Assembly: GCA_050952625.1 (NCBI GenBank)
Contig: JBMNLH010000001.1
Location: forward strand, 736,001-800,000
Reading direction: 5' to 3'
Origin: Bacillota bacterium
Lineage (GTDB): Bacteria; Bacillota; Ch66; Ch109
DNA: 64,000 nucleotides
Shown in pieces: positions 10,945-21,052 of the stretch; the first letter of the stretch is position 1; each line of letters begins with the position of its first letter. The notes beneath the pieces were generated by a model. It searched no databases, was not told the origin of the DNA, and saw nothing but the letters and a program-made list of their open reading frames with translations. The translations under genes and the position numbers were made by a program.

Positions 10945-13023
10945 TTACTGTTTTTGGATCCGACAAGGGAGATGTTTTAGATTCGGCGTCCCAAATTCCT
11001 TACCTAACTTATCGATCGAGGTAAGCATATTCAGGTTTGATTTACGCCACTCGTACTGTTCGGTCGGGTCTCCTTCCGGATACCACCACCCAATCGCCGC
11101 ACAAATAACTTGGGGCAGGATAGTGTCCGTAACTCGGGCTACCTGGACGATCTTGCCTTTCTTAGTTTCGATAAGGACATTATCCCCGTTGTTGATCCCA
11201 TTGGCGGCCGCCGTCTCAGGGTGGATTTCCACAAAGGGGTGAGGTTCTTGTTGTCGGAGTCTATCCACCCACCGATAGGAAGAATGGAGGAAATAACGAC
11301 TTTTGGCACTGATTAAAGTCAAAGGATACTCGGGATCTTGCTCCTCGGGCAACCCGGTGAATTCCGGCAGTGGTTTTAGTTTAAATTTTTCCGCGGTACT
11401 CAGTTTTAATTCTACCTTTCCGGTTGGTGTTCGAAAACCTTTTTCCAGATAAGACCGAAAACGATCTGGCCCTTTTAAATAGCCTTTGGCCACGAACTCT
11501 TTATAGCTTAACCCGGCTGGTCGCAGCAGATCCTCCAGGAATTCCTCATGATCCTCGTGCCATAATTCTGGGGAGGATACTCGTTTGCCCAGCTCATTCA
11601 TAATCTTCATGTCCGGCCAGCACTCTCCCGGCGGGTCGACAATCTTTGGTCGGGCAAAGATCATACCATGTCCGATACCGTAGTGACCAATATCATTCAT
11701 CTCATACTGGTGAGCCACCGGGAAAACAATATCTGCCAACGCAGCACTCGGGGTCATAAACATGTCGGCAATCGCGATAAAATCAAGACTCTTAAAAGCT
11801 TCATAGGTTACCTGGCTGTCAGCCCAATTCACTAGGGGATTCGTACACATGCCGTAGTATCCGCGAACCGGATAGGGAATTCCTTCGAGCACTGCCTTTC
11901 GGAAATAGGCCGGAGCAATGGTCATTAATCTCGGAATAACCCGGTGGTAGGCACTAATCATCTCTTTTGCTTTGGTAGGAATAAGATCGGCGCGAACGAA
12001 TTGTCCTAAGCCCATGATCTTGGGATCGTGAGCATGGATATTGCCCCCTGGCACTTCCAGATTGGCGGTAATGCCCATCAGACAAACCAAGGCCCGGGTA
12101 TAGTCGAAAGTGTGAATCGAATGTTCGATCGCATTGCCCCACATGATAGTAGCCGGTTTTGCTTCGGCATACATTCGAGCCGCTTGACGAATAAGATCTG
12201 CTGGCACACCGGTGATCTCTGCCACCTTTTCTGGACTGTAGTTTTCGACATGCTGGGCTAGTTCCTCAAATCCATAAGTGTACTGGTCAACAAATTCATG
12301 ATCGTATAAAGATTCCTTAATAATTACATTTAAGAACCCTAAGGCCAAGGCTGGTCCAGTCCCAGGCTTGAGCTGCAGCCAGAGATCTGCCCTAGCGGCC
12401 AAGTCAGTCTTGCGGGGATCGACCACAATCAGCTTGGCCCCTTTTTTAACTTGGTCCAGGACGAGAACACCTATCTGTCCTTCCTCGTTGGTGGCCAGTG
12501 AATTTGTCCCCCAGGCCAAAATTAGGTTGGTCGGGTTGTGAAGGTCAGCCACTGGGTAAAAACCACAGGTATGCACCCCTGTCATTTCTCTAGGGGCATG
12601 ACAGACATCTTGAGAGGCAATAACGTTTGGGGAACCAAATATATTAGCCAGCCTAATCAGTACGAAATGCTCGAGTCCTTTAGGCATTCCCACCCCAAAG
12701 CCTACGGCCTTGGCCCCGTATTTCTCCTTGATTTCTAATAGATTATTAGCTGTCTCCTCAAGTGCCTCATCCCAGGAAATGCGTTGCCATTTCCCCCCGC
12801 CTCGTTTACCCGCTCGTTTGAGTGGATGCTGGAGACGATCTGGGTGAGTTAGTCGATCGGCCGAGGCTCGTCCTTTGAAGCAGGTATATCCATGGTTCAA
12901 ATAGCCATCAGGGTCACCTTTGATTTTTTCGATTCGGTTGTTCTTAACTCCTACTAACAGAGCACACCCCCCATGGTCCATTCGGGCACAGTGTGTTTTC
13001 ACCCAACGGATTTCTTCTGTCAT
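10945..13023 (-). CDS. Molybdopterin (bis-PGD) oxidoreductase, acetylene hydratase-like subgroup
   Basis: N-terminal Fe-S motif (C..DHGGC...C.KG), HPDRL.HPLKR, VVDPR, ADIVFP, C-terminal EIHPETA...GI..GD dinucleotide-binding domain; no TAT signal. Confidence 0.88.
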   Translation of the reverse strand: MTEEIRWVKTHCARMDHGGCALLVGVKNNRIEKIKGDPDGYLNHGYTCFKGRASADRLTHPDRLQHPLKRAGKRGGGKWQRISWDEALEETANNLLEIKEKYGAKAVGFGVGMPKGLEHFVLIRLANIFGSPNVIASQDVCHAPREMTGVHTCGFYPVADLHNPTNLILAWGTNSLATNEEGQIGVLVLDQVKKGAKLIVVDPRKTDLAARADLWLQLKPGTGPALALGFLNVIIKESLYDHEFVDQYTYGFEELAQHVENYSPEKVAEITGVPADLIRQAARMYAEAKPATIMWGNAIEHSIHTFDYTRALVCLMGITANLEVPGGNIHAHDPKIMGLGQFVRADLIPTKAKEMISAYHRVIPRLMTIAPAYFRKAVLEGIPYPVRGYYGMCTNPLVNWADSQVTYEAFKSLDFIAIADMFMTPSAALADIVFPVAHQYEMNDIGHYGIGHGMIFARPKIVDPPGECWPDMKIMNELGKRVSSPELWHEDHEEFLEDLLRPAGLSYKEFVAKGYLKGPDRFRSYLEKGFRTPTGKVELKLSTAEKFKLKPLPEFTGLPEEQDPEYPLTLISAKSRYFLHSSYRWVDRLRQQEPHPFVEIHPETAAANGINNGDNVLIETKKGKIVQVARVTDTILPQVICAAIGWWYPEGDPTEQYEWRKSNLNMLTSIDKLGKEFGTPNLKHLPCRIQKQ

Positions 13024-13208
13024 TTTTGTAACCCTCCCTTATATATTGTTTGCCGCATCTAGCGACTACGACAGCCTGAGTAAATAACAAAAATTATCCA
13101 ATCTGTTGCTTCAATAATGCAATTAAGGTAATTGCATTTAATGCAATGTTGCAATATTATAATTTTTTGTTTTAGGTTAAGGCTAAAAAATGTCAAATCG
13201 ATGTTGGT

Positions 13209-13538
13209 TTATATTATTTGGGCTATCCAGTTGCTAAGAGCCATAATCCCTATTCCAACGACGAGCGTGTAAAAAAGGCTCCGGGTATAAATGGCGACCA
13301 ACATAGTGGGAATAAAGACCCAGATATAGCGGTTGCTGACACTGATATCCAGGGTGCCATGAGGGGCTAAAATACTGACAGCCAGCAAAGCACCAAGCAC
13401 AGCGGGAGCAATATAGGACAACCACTCTTTCAATTTCTCAGGAAATTCAAACCGGGAAAATATTATTACCGGTAAAACTCTAGGAATTGCTGTCGCTAAG
13501 GACATACCAATAATTAACCAGAATAGATCAGTCTTCAT
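13209..13538 (-). CDS. azlD: AzlD-family branched-chain amino acid export small subunit
   Basis: IIGMSLATAIPRVLP...LSYIAPAVLGAL; overlaps the azlC stop. Confidence 0.85.
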   Translation of the reverse strand: MKTDLFWLIIGMSLATAIPRVLPVIIFSRFEFPEKLKEWLSYIAPAVLGALLAVSILAPHGTLDISVSNRYIWVFIPTMLVAIYTRSLFYTLVVGIGIMALSNWIAQII

Positions 13539-14221
13539 CGCTTAAATAACACTCCTGCAGTTGCAGCCACCACGGCAGCCACAATTATATTAGAAAGATT
13601 ACTCAGAGTGACTGGAAAAACATAAGCCATGATTAAACAAACAGCAACGGCAATTAACGCGGTAATTAGGTGACGTTGGCTGGTAATCACTAAAACCAGC
13701 AGAATTGCATACATACCCGGTAATGCAAAATCCAGACCGAACCGGGAAGGATCGGTTATTAGATAGCCAAAGGTGGCCCCGGAAAAGCCGCTGATGACCC
13801 AGGAAGCGTAAGAAGTGAGGTTTAGACTAGCGATATAGGGAACACTAGCCGGTTTCTTCGCGTAATAAACCATCGACACTGCATAAGTCTCATCAGTTAA
13901 CCCTAGCATTAAGGCGGCAGCACTTCTGGTAGGGAGTATTTTAAGGTAAGGAATCAGTGAAGTGGAAAACAAGGCATAACGCAGATTAACCAATAGATTC
14001 GCTAAGATAATTGTAATAGGTGATGCTCCGGCCGCCAGGAGACCTAAAGCGATGTATTGTCCAGCCCCGGTGAAACACATTATGGACATAAAGGTAGCCT
14101 CTGCAACCGTAAGGCCAGTTTCGCTAGCTAGTACCCCAAAGGCAAACCCTAAGGGTACATATCCAAGTACAACCGGGACGGCGTCTTTTATTCCCTCGGC
14201 AACTGCATTTTTCTGCGGCAA
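13535..14221 (-). CDS. azlC: AzlC-family branched-chain amino acid export permease
   Basis: GYVPLGFAFG, FTGAGQ, VNLRY, LTDETYA, GLDFALP. Confidence 0.9.
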   Translation of the reverse strand: MPQKNAVAEGIKDAVPVVLGYVPLGFAFGVLASETGLTVAEATFMSIMCFTGAGQYIALGLLAAGASPITIILANLLVNLRYALFSTSLIPYLKILPTRSAAALMLGLTDETYAVSMVYYAKKPASVPYIASLNLTSYASWVISGFSGATFGYLITDPSRFGLDFALPGMYAILLVLVITSQRHLITALIAVAVCLIMAYVFPVTLSNLSNIIVAAVVAATAGVLFKR

Positions 14222-14327
14222 TTAAAACGTTCCTTTCATCAATGACTTGTCATGAATACTTAGATATTGGTGTGGATACACTTGTCATGAAGTCTTATTC
14301 TTATAATGCTTAATGTATTTCTCTGGT

Positions 14328-14443
14328 TTTATCTGAATCAATAGACTCCCGCTTCTATAAGTGGGGGTTACCTTGTTTAAACTTCAGGTGGAGTAGAGTC
14401 TCCATCTGAAGCCTCGAGGTTCAGCGAAGCTGAACGAGTTCAC
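14328..14443 (+). mobile_element. Non-autonomous palindromic miniature element (IS200/IS605-end-like), copy A
   Basis: TTTATCTGAATCAATAGACTCCC... three hairpins ... ends GAAGCCTCG...CGAGTTCAC; homologous copies at 33477, 35886 and 39296. Confidence 0.75.
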
Positions 14444-14898
14444 TAAACGGGCTGGTCTTTTACTCTGCGTTGAAAATATAGAAATACCGGGAAGGGGATC
14501 ACGATCCAACCAAAGCTTTTTATGAGGCTATTGATGGCTCTTTCTTTGATTCGTGTTTTTTCATTAGCTACCATTTGGTCATATTGACTTTTAAGTTCGG
14601 CATCGGGCAAAGTTTGTTCTTGTTTTAACTGCCTGAGCTTATAGTCTTCAAAACTCTGATAATAACCGGTTGGAGAAATAAGGTCCGCAATCGACATAAA
14701 GGCAGCCACCGTGCCGCCGATCGTCATCATTAAGGTTGCAAAAAGAACCAAGTAAACATAGACGGTTTTGATCATCTCGTGACCCCTTTCCACATTTTCT
14801 TCATTAATCCTTTTTATCCCGGACGCACCGGCGATAATGAAAAAAATGATAACTAATAATAGCAGACTAAAGGCAATAGTCACCGCTATTCTGACCAC
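14443..14898 (-). CDS. Hypothetical membrane protein
   Basis: Three hydrophobic helices; YVYLVLFATLMMTIGG...YYQSFEDY pattern; start uncertain. Confidence 0.7.
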   Translation of the reverse strand: MVRIAVTIAFSLLLLVIIFFIIAGASGIKRINEENVERGHEMIKTVYVYLVLFATLMMTIGGTVAAFMSIADLISPTGYYQSFEDYKLRQLKQEQTLPDAELKSQYDQMVANEKTRIKERAINSLIKSFGWIVIPFPVFLYFQRRVKDQPV

Positions 14899-15047
14899 CT
14901 CGCATTTAGAAATTGTTTTCTAAGCTAACACTATTGTAGTTTAAATTCTCCGAATTCCCTCGGAATCCTTCTAGAATTGCTTTACAGGGCAATGTTTTTA
15001 CATAATATGTTTTGTGGGATAACGCCCTATCGCCTGAGACACTGATG

Positions 15048-15077
15048 TTGACGGCTTGTTTCAATAAGTGTTATAAT
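15048..15077 (+). promoter_or_regulatory. SigA-type promoter of the rib operon
   Basis: TTGACG-N18-TATAAT with extended -10 TG, just upstream of the FMN riboswitch. Confidence 0.7.
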
Positions 15078-15097
15078 ATATTCCAAATCAAATATTG

Positions 15098-15240
15098 CGT
15101 TTCCTTCGGGGACTGGTGAAATTCCGTACCGGCGGTGAGCTGATTCAGCGAGCCCGCGAGCCTACGATTATGATTAGTGGTGGGCTGATCTGGTGAAATT
15201 CCAGAGCCGACAGTGATAGTCTGGATGGGAGAAGGATAAA
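15098..15240 (+). ncRNA. FMN riboswitch (RFN element)
   Basis: CTTCGGGG..GGTGAAATTCC..ACCGGCGGT..AGCCCGCGAGC..GATCTGGTGAAATTCCAGAGCCGACAGT..AGTCTGGATGGGAGAAG; upstream of ribD. Confidence 0.96.
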
Positions 15241-15390
15241 AAGCAGGGCAAAAGGTCTGAGTTTTAGTATGGCTATCTGCAAGGGCATGCAGTGTTGGCC
15301 ATTTAACAGGGCGTGATTTTAAGGATTAACGCTTATTGAGGTATGTCTTGAAAACTCTTTTGTCATGTTTTATATTTCTTTTTTCATTTC

Positions 15391-15412
15391 CCCGAGACTC
15401 TCGGGTTTTTTT
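15391..15412 (+). terminator. Attenuator terminator of the FMN riboswitch leader
   Basis: CCCGAG-ACT-CTCGGG followed by T7. Confidence 0.75.
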
Positions 15413-15417
15413 ATTTC

Positions 15418-15512
15418 ATAATCAAAAAGTATCAGTGGCCTTTCTGATTATAAGTAAGTGCAACTAAGCTTCTTCCTGCGCCAAAGGCTTGACGTAAGCC
15501 AAGTTTTCTTTA
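15418..15512. repeat. Palindromic REP/MITE-like insert in the rib leader
   Basis: Nested inverted repeats ATAATCA/TGATTAT and GGCTT/AAGCC, ending AAGTTTTCTTT; single copy in the window. Confidence 0.4.
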
Positions 15513-15571
15513 AGTTGACTGAAAAATTTTCGACTAGAGAGTTAGTTAAGCTTAAATTTAAGGGGGCTTGA

Positions 15572-16705
15572 TTGTTGCTCAGCCAACTTGATTATGATCA
15601 GTTTTTTATTAAATACTCGTTGAAGCTGGCAGCCCGGGCCATAGGCCGCACCAGCCCCAATCCGATGGTTGGTGCGGTAGTGGTTAAGGAGGGGCAGATT
15701 CGAGGGGAAGGATACCATCAAAAAGCGGGCACCCCACATGCGGAGATTCATGCTCTGCATCAGGCTGGAGAAGCAGCCCGAGGGGCAACGTTATACGTTA
15801 CTCTGGAGCCCTGTTCTCATTATGGTCGAACTCCACCTTGCAGCCAGGCAGTTATTCAAGCCGGGATTAAACGGGTGGTTGTGGCCATGGTTGATCCTAA
15901 TCCAGAGGTATCCGGTCGGGGTTTGCAACAACTGGCGAACGCGGGGATTGAAGTAGTCAGCGGAGTTATGGAGGAAGAAGCCAGACAATTAAATGAAGTC
16001 TTTATCAAGTATATCACTACTCGGTTACCGTTTGTCGTGCTGAAGAGTGCCATGACTCTGGATGGTAAGACAGCGACGCGAACCGGACATGCTTTTTGGG
16101 TAACCGGAACTGAAGCAAGGGAAGAGGTTCACCGCCTGCGTGATCGCTATGATGCCATTATGGTCGGTATTGGTACAGTATTGGCTGATGATCCCCAACT
16201 GACTACGCGGTTGTCTAATGGGCAACCAGGGAAAGATCCGATCCGAGTGGTGGTTGATAGTTCCCTTCGTTTGCCAAAAACGGCACGAGTAATAAACCAT
16301 CTTTCTAGTGCCCCAACGATAGTGGCTACTACGCATCAAGCTCCCCGGGAACGGAGACGGATGCTAGAGGCACGAGGGGTTGAAGTAGTCGTGGTTGATG
16401 GTGAAGGTGATCGAGTTAATCTAAAAAATCTGATGGCCTTACTGGGCAGTCGAGAAATTACATCGGTTCTCCTCGAGGGTGGAGCTACCTTAAATGCTTC
16501 GGCTTTAGAGGCTGGAGTGGTGGATAAACTAATTACTTTTATTGCTCCCAAGATTATCGGGGGCAAAGAGGCCCCCGGTATGGTGGGTGGCTTAGGTCAG
16601 GCACGAATGGACGACGCTTACTTGCTGGAAAGAATTAAGGTTGCCCATTTTGGTGAGGATCTCATGCTTTCCGGTTATATACAAAAGGATAAGGATGTGA
16701 TTTAA
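15572..16705 (+). CDS. ribD: Bifunctional diaminohydroxyphosphoribosylaminopyrimidine deaminase/reductase
   Basis: PNPMVG, HAE, TLEPCSHYGRTPPC, TLDGK, EGG motifs. Confidence 0.96.
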   Translation: MLLSQLDYDQFFIKYSLKLAARAIGRTSPNPMVGAVVVKEGQIRGEGYHQKAGTPHAEIHALHQAGEAARGATLYVTLEPCSHYGRTPPCSQAVIQAGIKRVVVAMVDPNPEVSGRGLQQLANAGIEVVSGVMEEEARQLNEVFIKYITTRLPFVVLKSAMTLDGKTATRTGHAFWVTGTEAREEVHRLRDRYDAIMVGIGTVLADDPQLTTRLSNGQPGKDPIRVVVDSSLRLPKTARVINHLSSAPTIVATTHQAPRERRRMLEARGVEVVVVDGEGDRVNLKNLMALLGSREITSVLLEGGATLNASALEAGVVDKLITFIAPKIIGGKEAPGMVGGLGQARMDDAYLLERIKVAHFGEDLMLSGYIQKDKDVI

Positions 16706-16706
16706 A

Positions 16707-17423
16707 CTGTTCACCGGATTAGTTGAAGAAATGGGCCGAGTGCATAGTATACGGCACGGATCGCGTTCAGCCCGGTTGATAATTAAGGCTGACGTGGTAC
16801 TACCGGGAGTTAAACTAGGAGATAGTATCGCGGTCAATGGGGTCTGTTTAACGGTTACTGAGTTTAATGCCTCTACTTTTGTAGTGGATGTAATGGCGGA
16901 AACCTTAAAACGGACCAATCTAGGTCGCTTGGTTCCGGGTGATCGAGTTAACCTGGAACGGGCACTACGAGTTGGGGATCGGCTCGGAGGGCATATTGTA
17001 AGTGGCCATATAGATGGAGTGGGCAGTATCCTGCGTGAAGAGAAGCAGGACATTGCCAGGATAATTGAAATAAGTGCGCCACCCGGAGTTGCCCGCTACA
17101 CGATTGAAAAAGGTTCGATAACTGTGGATGGGATTAGTTTGACGATAGTCAGCGTAACTGACCACAGTTTTACTTTGTCTCTGATTCCTCATACCGCCAA
17201 TATGACTACGCTGGGTTTTAAGGGAGTTGGTGATACGGTTAATTTGGAAGCTGATATTATCGGAAAATACGTTGAAAGACTGCTTGGTCGTGGAAGACTG
17301 GGAGAATTTGGCGAAATCAATGAGGCTCAAACCGATTCCCATTTCCCTGATGCCACTGGAAGTACTGTGGCCGGTGGCGGTTTAACGCTGGAAATGTTAG
17401 TTAAGTCAGGCTTTCTTGAATAG
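16707..17423 (+). CDS. ribE: Riboflavin synthase (alpha chain), probable CTG start
   Basis: CTG-TTC-ACC-GGA gives the invariant MFTG N-terminus; GDSIAVNGVCLTV, VNLERAL, GGHIVSGHID. Confidence 0.95.
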   Translation: MFTGLVEEMGRVHSIRHGSRSARLIIKADVVLPGVKLGDSIAVNGVCLTVTEFNASTFVVDVMAETLKRTNLGRLVPGDRVNLERALRVGDRLGGHIVSGHIDGVGSILREEKQDIARIIEISAPPGVARYTIEKGSITVDGISLTIVSVTDHSFTLSLIPHTANMTTLGFKGVGDTVNLEADIIGKYVERLLGRGRLGEFGEINEAQTDSHFPDATGSTVAGGGLTLEMLVKSGFLE

Positions 17424-17539
17424 GCTTAATCTCACCTAAGCAGTGCCATCAGTAAATGAAGAATCAACATCACGTTAATTGTCAGTTGTTTTTCCATGTA
17501 GGTCAAAATAGTAAGACAAGTGGAATAGGAGGGGGTTTC

Positions 17540-18739
17540 GTGAAATTAAATACCATTGAGGAGGCTATCCAGGATATTCGAGAAGGCAAAATGGTCATTG
17601 TTGTTGACGACGAGGACCGCGAGAACGAGGGCGACCTATTAATGGCTGCTGAAATGGTGACCCCAGAGGCGATTAATTTTATGGCCACCTATGGCCGAGG
17701 GTTAATCTGCATGCCGATTTGCGGTGAGCGTTTAGATGAACTAGAAATCCATGACATGGTAACCCAGAATAGTGATTACCTTGGAACAGCTTTTACTGTT
17801 TCTATTGATGCCATGGACACGACTACTGGGATTTCTGCCTTTGAACGAGCCCACACCGTTAAGAAAGTGTTGGATAAACAGACTCGACCTGAGGATATTC
17901 GACGGCCCGGCCATGTTTTTCCGTTGCGTTATAAGGAAGGAGGAGTTTTGCGTCGGGCGGGTCATACCGAGGCTTGTGTTGATCTGGCCAAGCTAGCCGG
18001 GTTTTATCCGGCTGGGGTGATTTGTGAGATAATGAATGAGGACGGAACCATGGCTCGGTTGCCTCAACTGCGGGTTTTTGCCAAAGCACACGGCTTGAAG
18101 ATTATTACAATTGCTGACTTGATTGAATACCGACGCCGGAATGAAAAACTAATCCGCCGGGTAGAAGCCGTCATGATGCCTAGTATGTATGGAAACTTTT
18201 CGGCGGTCGCTTATGAGAGTTTGTTAGACAAGCAGTGTCATATTGCGATGGTAAAAGGAAATATTTCTGAGAAAGAACCAGTGTTAGTCCGAGTCCATTC
18301 CGAATGTTTGACCGGCGATGTCTTTCGGTCTCGGCGTTGTGACTGTGGCGACCAACTTGCTCAGGCCTTAGCGATGATTGAGTCGGAAGGAGCCGGTGTT
18401 TTACTTTACATGCGCCAAGAAGGCCGTGGCATTGGTTTGCTGAATAAGATAAAGGCTTACAAGTTGCAGGAGCAGGGAAAAGATACCGTTGAGGCCAATG
18501 AAGCCCTGGGCTTCCCGGCAGACCTACGGGATTATGGAATTGGTGCTCAGATTTTGGTTGACCTCGGGGTGCGCAAGATGCGCTTGATGACCAATAACCC
18601 CCGCAAAGTAGCCGGGTTAGAAGGCCATAACCTGGAGATAGTAGAGCGGGTGCCGATAGAAATACGGCCGCAAAAAGATAATCAGCGTTACCTGCGCACC
18701 AAGAAAATAAAGTTGGGACACATGCTAGCGTCTATTTAA
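17540..18739 (+). CDS. ribBA: 3,4-dihydroxy-2-butanone-4-phosphate synthase / GTP cyclohydrolase II
   Basis: [39 protein letters not shown]; GTG start after AGGAGG. Confidence 0.96.
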   Translation: MKLNTIEEAIQDIREGKMVIVVDDEDRENEGDLLMAAEMVTPEAINFMATYGRGLICMPICGERLDELEIHDMVTQNSDYLGTAFTVSIDAMDTTTGISAFERAHTVKKVLDKQTRPEDIRRPGHVFPLRYKEGGVLRRAGHTEACVDLAKLAGFYPAGVICEIMNEDGTMARLPQLRVFAKAHGLKIITIADLIEYRRRNEKLIRRVEAVMMPSMYGNFSAVAYESLLDKQCHIAMVKGNISEKEPVLVRVHSECLTGDVFRSRRCDCGDQLAQALAMIESEGAGVLLYMRQEGRGIGLLNKIKAYKLQEQGKDTVEANEALGFPADLRDYGIGAQILVDLGVRKMRLMTNNPRKVAGLEGHNLEIVERVPIEIRPQKDNQRYLRTKKIKLGHMLASI

Positions 18740-18931
18740 GATACTTTTTAGGATACTTCAGCTATTTCACTAGACCCCTTTATGCTGCCATACACTAACT
18801 GGAAATAATAAATGATAATTGCGCAGTTTTGCAATAAAGTCGGTGATTGGTAGTTTCATCAATAACGGGGACAGCCACGGATATGCCGGTATCAGAATTT
18901 ATAAGATCTACAATTACAGGAGGTTTTCACG

Positions 18932-19399
18932 TTGACAAAGGTTTTCGAAGGTAAGTTAGTGGCAGAAGGGTTAAGGTTTGGTCTGGTGGTTGCACGTTTT
19001 AATGAATTTATTACTAGCAAACTATTAAGTGGTTGTATGGATGCCTTGCAGCGACATGGAGTTGAGGAAGATCAGATTGAAATGATCTGGGTTCCGGGAG
19101 CGTTTGAGATACCGCTAGCAGCCCAGAAATTGGCTAGTAAAGATTATGACGCGGTTATCTGCTTGGGGGCGGTCATTCGAGGGGCCACGCCTCATTTTGA
19201 GTATGTTGCTGCCGAGGTAACCAAAGGGATCGCTCAGGTGTCTTTACAATCAGCTAAACCGGTAGTTTATGGCGTGATTACAGCGGACACAATCGAACAA
19301 GCCATCGAACGGGCTGGTACCAAAGCGGGGAATAAAGGTTGGGATGCAGCGGTGACGGCGATCGAAATGGCTAACCTCTTACGCGAACTGGATCGATAG
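18932..19399 (+). CDS. ribH: 6,7-dimethyl-8-ribityllumazine synthase
   Basis: [37 protein letters not shown]. Confidence 0.97.
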   Translation: MTKVFEGKLVAEGLRFGLVVARFNEFITSKLLSGCMDALQRHGVEEDQIEMIWVPGAFEIPLAAQKLASKDYDAVICLGAVIRGATPHFEYVAAEVTKGIAQVSLQSAKPVVYGVITADTIEQAIERAGTKAGNKGWDAAVTAIEMANLLRELDR

Positions 19400-19434
19400 A
19401 CTTGATCATCAGCAACTAAATATTTAGATACAAC

Positions 19435-19469
19435 GCCACTACTGAACATTAGTTAAGTAGTGGCTTTTT
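19435..19469 (+). terminator. Terminator of the rib operon
   Basis: GCCACTACT / AGTAGTGGC stem plus T5. Confidence 0.75.
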
Positions 19470-19588
19470 AATAAATCATCGGATAATCGGTGATTTGACA
19501 AACGATTTTGCGTCAATACCATAAATATGGTAATCTAGAACTTGATAATTTGGATTAATATGATGATTTACAAAGTGAGGGAAATAGT

Positions 19589-20497
19589 TTGTCTAATTTA
19601 GGACCAACTGAAATAACTGGTGATTACGTGGTTCGGGCAACAGCCTTAGATGGACAAATTCGGGCTTTGGTCGGGCAGACTAAAGAGTTAGTCGAAGAAG
19701 CCCGGCAAAAACACCATACATCTCCTATAGCTACCGCTGCACTTGGACGAACCTTAACCGCCGGGTTGCTTTTGGCTCAAGATCTAAAAGGGGATAATAC
19801 TTTGACAATTCGGGTTATGGGGGATGGTCCGCTTGGGGGTATAATTGTAACCGCCGATGCTGCTGGTGGAGTGAGGGGTTACGTTCAAGAACCGGAGGTG
19901 TATTTGCCGTCGCGAGAAGGAAAACTCGATGTCGGTGGAGCCGTAGGTAAAAACGGCACGTTGCACGTTAGTAAGGACCTGGGGATGAAGGAGCCCTACG
20001 TCGGAAGTGTTCCGCTGGTTTCGGGGGAGATTGCTGAGGATTTAACTTACTATTTGGCAGCCTCAGAGCAGATCCCGTCGGTCACAGCCCTGGGGGTATT
20101 GGTGAATACTGATGGTCGGGTAATAGCAGCCGGCGGATTTATCCTTCAGCTGATGCCGGGAGCCACAGAATCGACGATTTCTTGGTTGGAAGGGCGTCTG
20201 GTGAATTTAGAACCAGTTTCAACAATGCTGGCCCGTGGGCTTTCACCAGCCGATATCCTTCGGGAAGTTCTGGGGGAATCTACGGAGATAAAGATTCTAG
20301 GGAGTCAAGCAGTATCTTTCCGATGTCAGTGCTCTCGGGAAAAGCTGATGACCTTGCTGGTTAGCTTGGGACGGGAGGAGCTAGCGAACATTCGGCAGGA
20401 AGAGGGTCAGGTGGAGGTGCGCTGTCACTTCTGCAACGAAGTCTATTCGTTTGCTGGACCTCTGCTCGAACAACTCATTGAGGAATCAGGTAATTAG
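19589..20497 (+). CDS. hslO: Hsp33 redox-regulated chaperone
   Basis: AALGRTLT, GDGPLG, SEQIPS, CQCS...CHFC zinc motif. Confidence 0.95.
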   Translation: MSNLGPTEITGDYVVRATALDGQIRALVGQTKELVEEARQKHHTSPIATAALGRTLTAGLLLAQDLKGDNTLTIRVMGDGPLGGIIVTADAAGGVRGYVQEPEVYLPSREGKLDVGGAVGKNGTLHVSKDLGMKEPYVGSVPLVSGEIAEDLTYYLAASEQIPSVTALGVLVNTDGRVIAAGGFILQLMPGATESTISWLEGRLVNLEPVSTMLARGLSPADILREVLGESTEIKILGSQAVSFRCQCSREKLMTLLVSLGREELANIRQEEGQVEVRCHFCNEVYSFAGPLLEQLIEESGN

Positions 20498-20558
20498 CTG
20501 CATGCTGGTTGTATTCATAGCAATGACCCTAGTTAGTCGTTGTCATTAGAGGAAAAAA

Positions 20559-20586
20559 TAAAGCTTTGGATTTATCCAAAGCTTTA
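20559..20586. terminator. Bidirectional terminator between hslO and rpmB
   Basis: TAAAGCTTTGGAT / ATCCAAAGCTTTA perfect inverted repeat. Confidence 0.65.
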
Positions 20587-20669
20587 AGTGACTCAAAACT
20601 TATTTTCTGCTAGCTCCATTTTACGGATATAGTAAAAACGGTTGTTTTAGCCTAAGTTTAAAGTTGCCC

Positions 20670-20858
20670 CTAGACAGCCCGGGTTACCTTGCCAGACTTC
20701 AGACAGCGGGTACAAACTTTGATTCTCCGAGGAGACCCATCAATGATAGCCTTAACCGTCTGAATATTAGGGGACCAGGTGCGTTTGGTGCGAATATGGG
20801 AGTGACTTACTTGAAAACCACTAACAACTCCTTTACCACATACAGCACACTTGGCCAT
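20670..20858 (-). CDS. rpmB: 50S ribosomal protein L28
   Basis: MAKCAVCGK...[15 protein letters not shown]...[11 protein letters not shown]; RBS GGAGGTG. Confidence 0.97.
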   Translation of the reverse strand: MAKCAVCGKGVVSGFQVSHSHIRTKRTWSPNIQTVKAIIDGSPRRIKVCTRCLKSGKVTRAV

Positions 20859-21052
20859 GCTTAACACCTCCTTCCGGACAATCACTTTATTATTATAACC
20901 GTCGAAACAGGCTTTGGCAACCAGAGACCGGGTATAACCGATAAAATTATAATACTAGGAGGAATCAACTGGTTTAGTGTGGAATTATTTATTTAAAAAG
21001 TAAATGTTATCAGATTAGACTACTCCACTACCACCAATAAGGGGGTGCTCAA

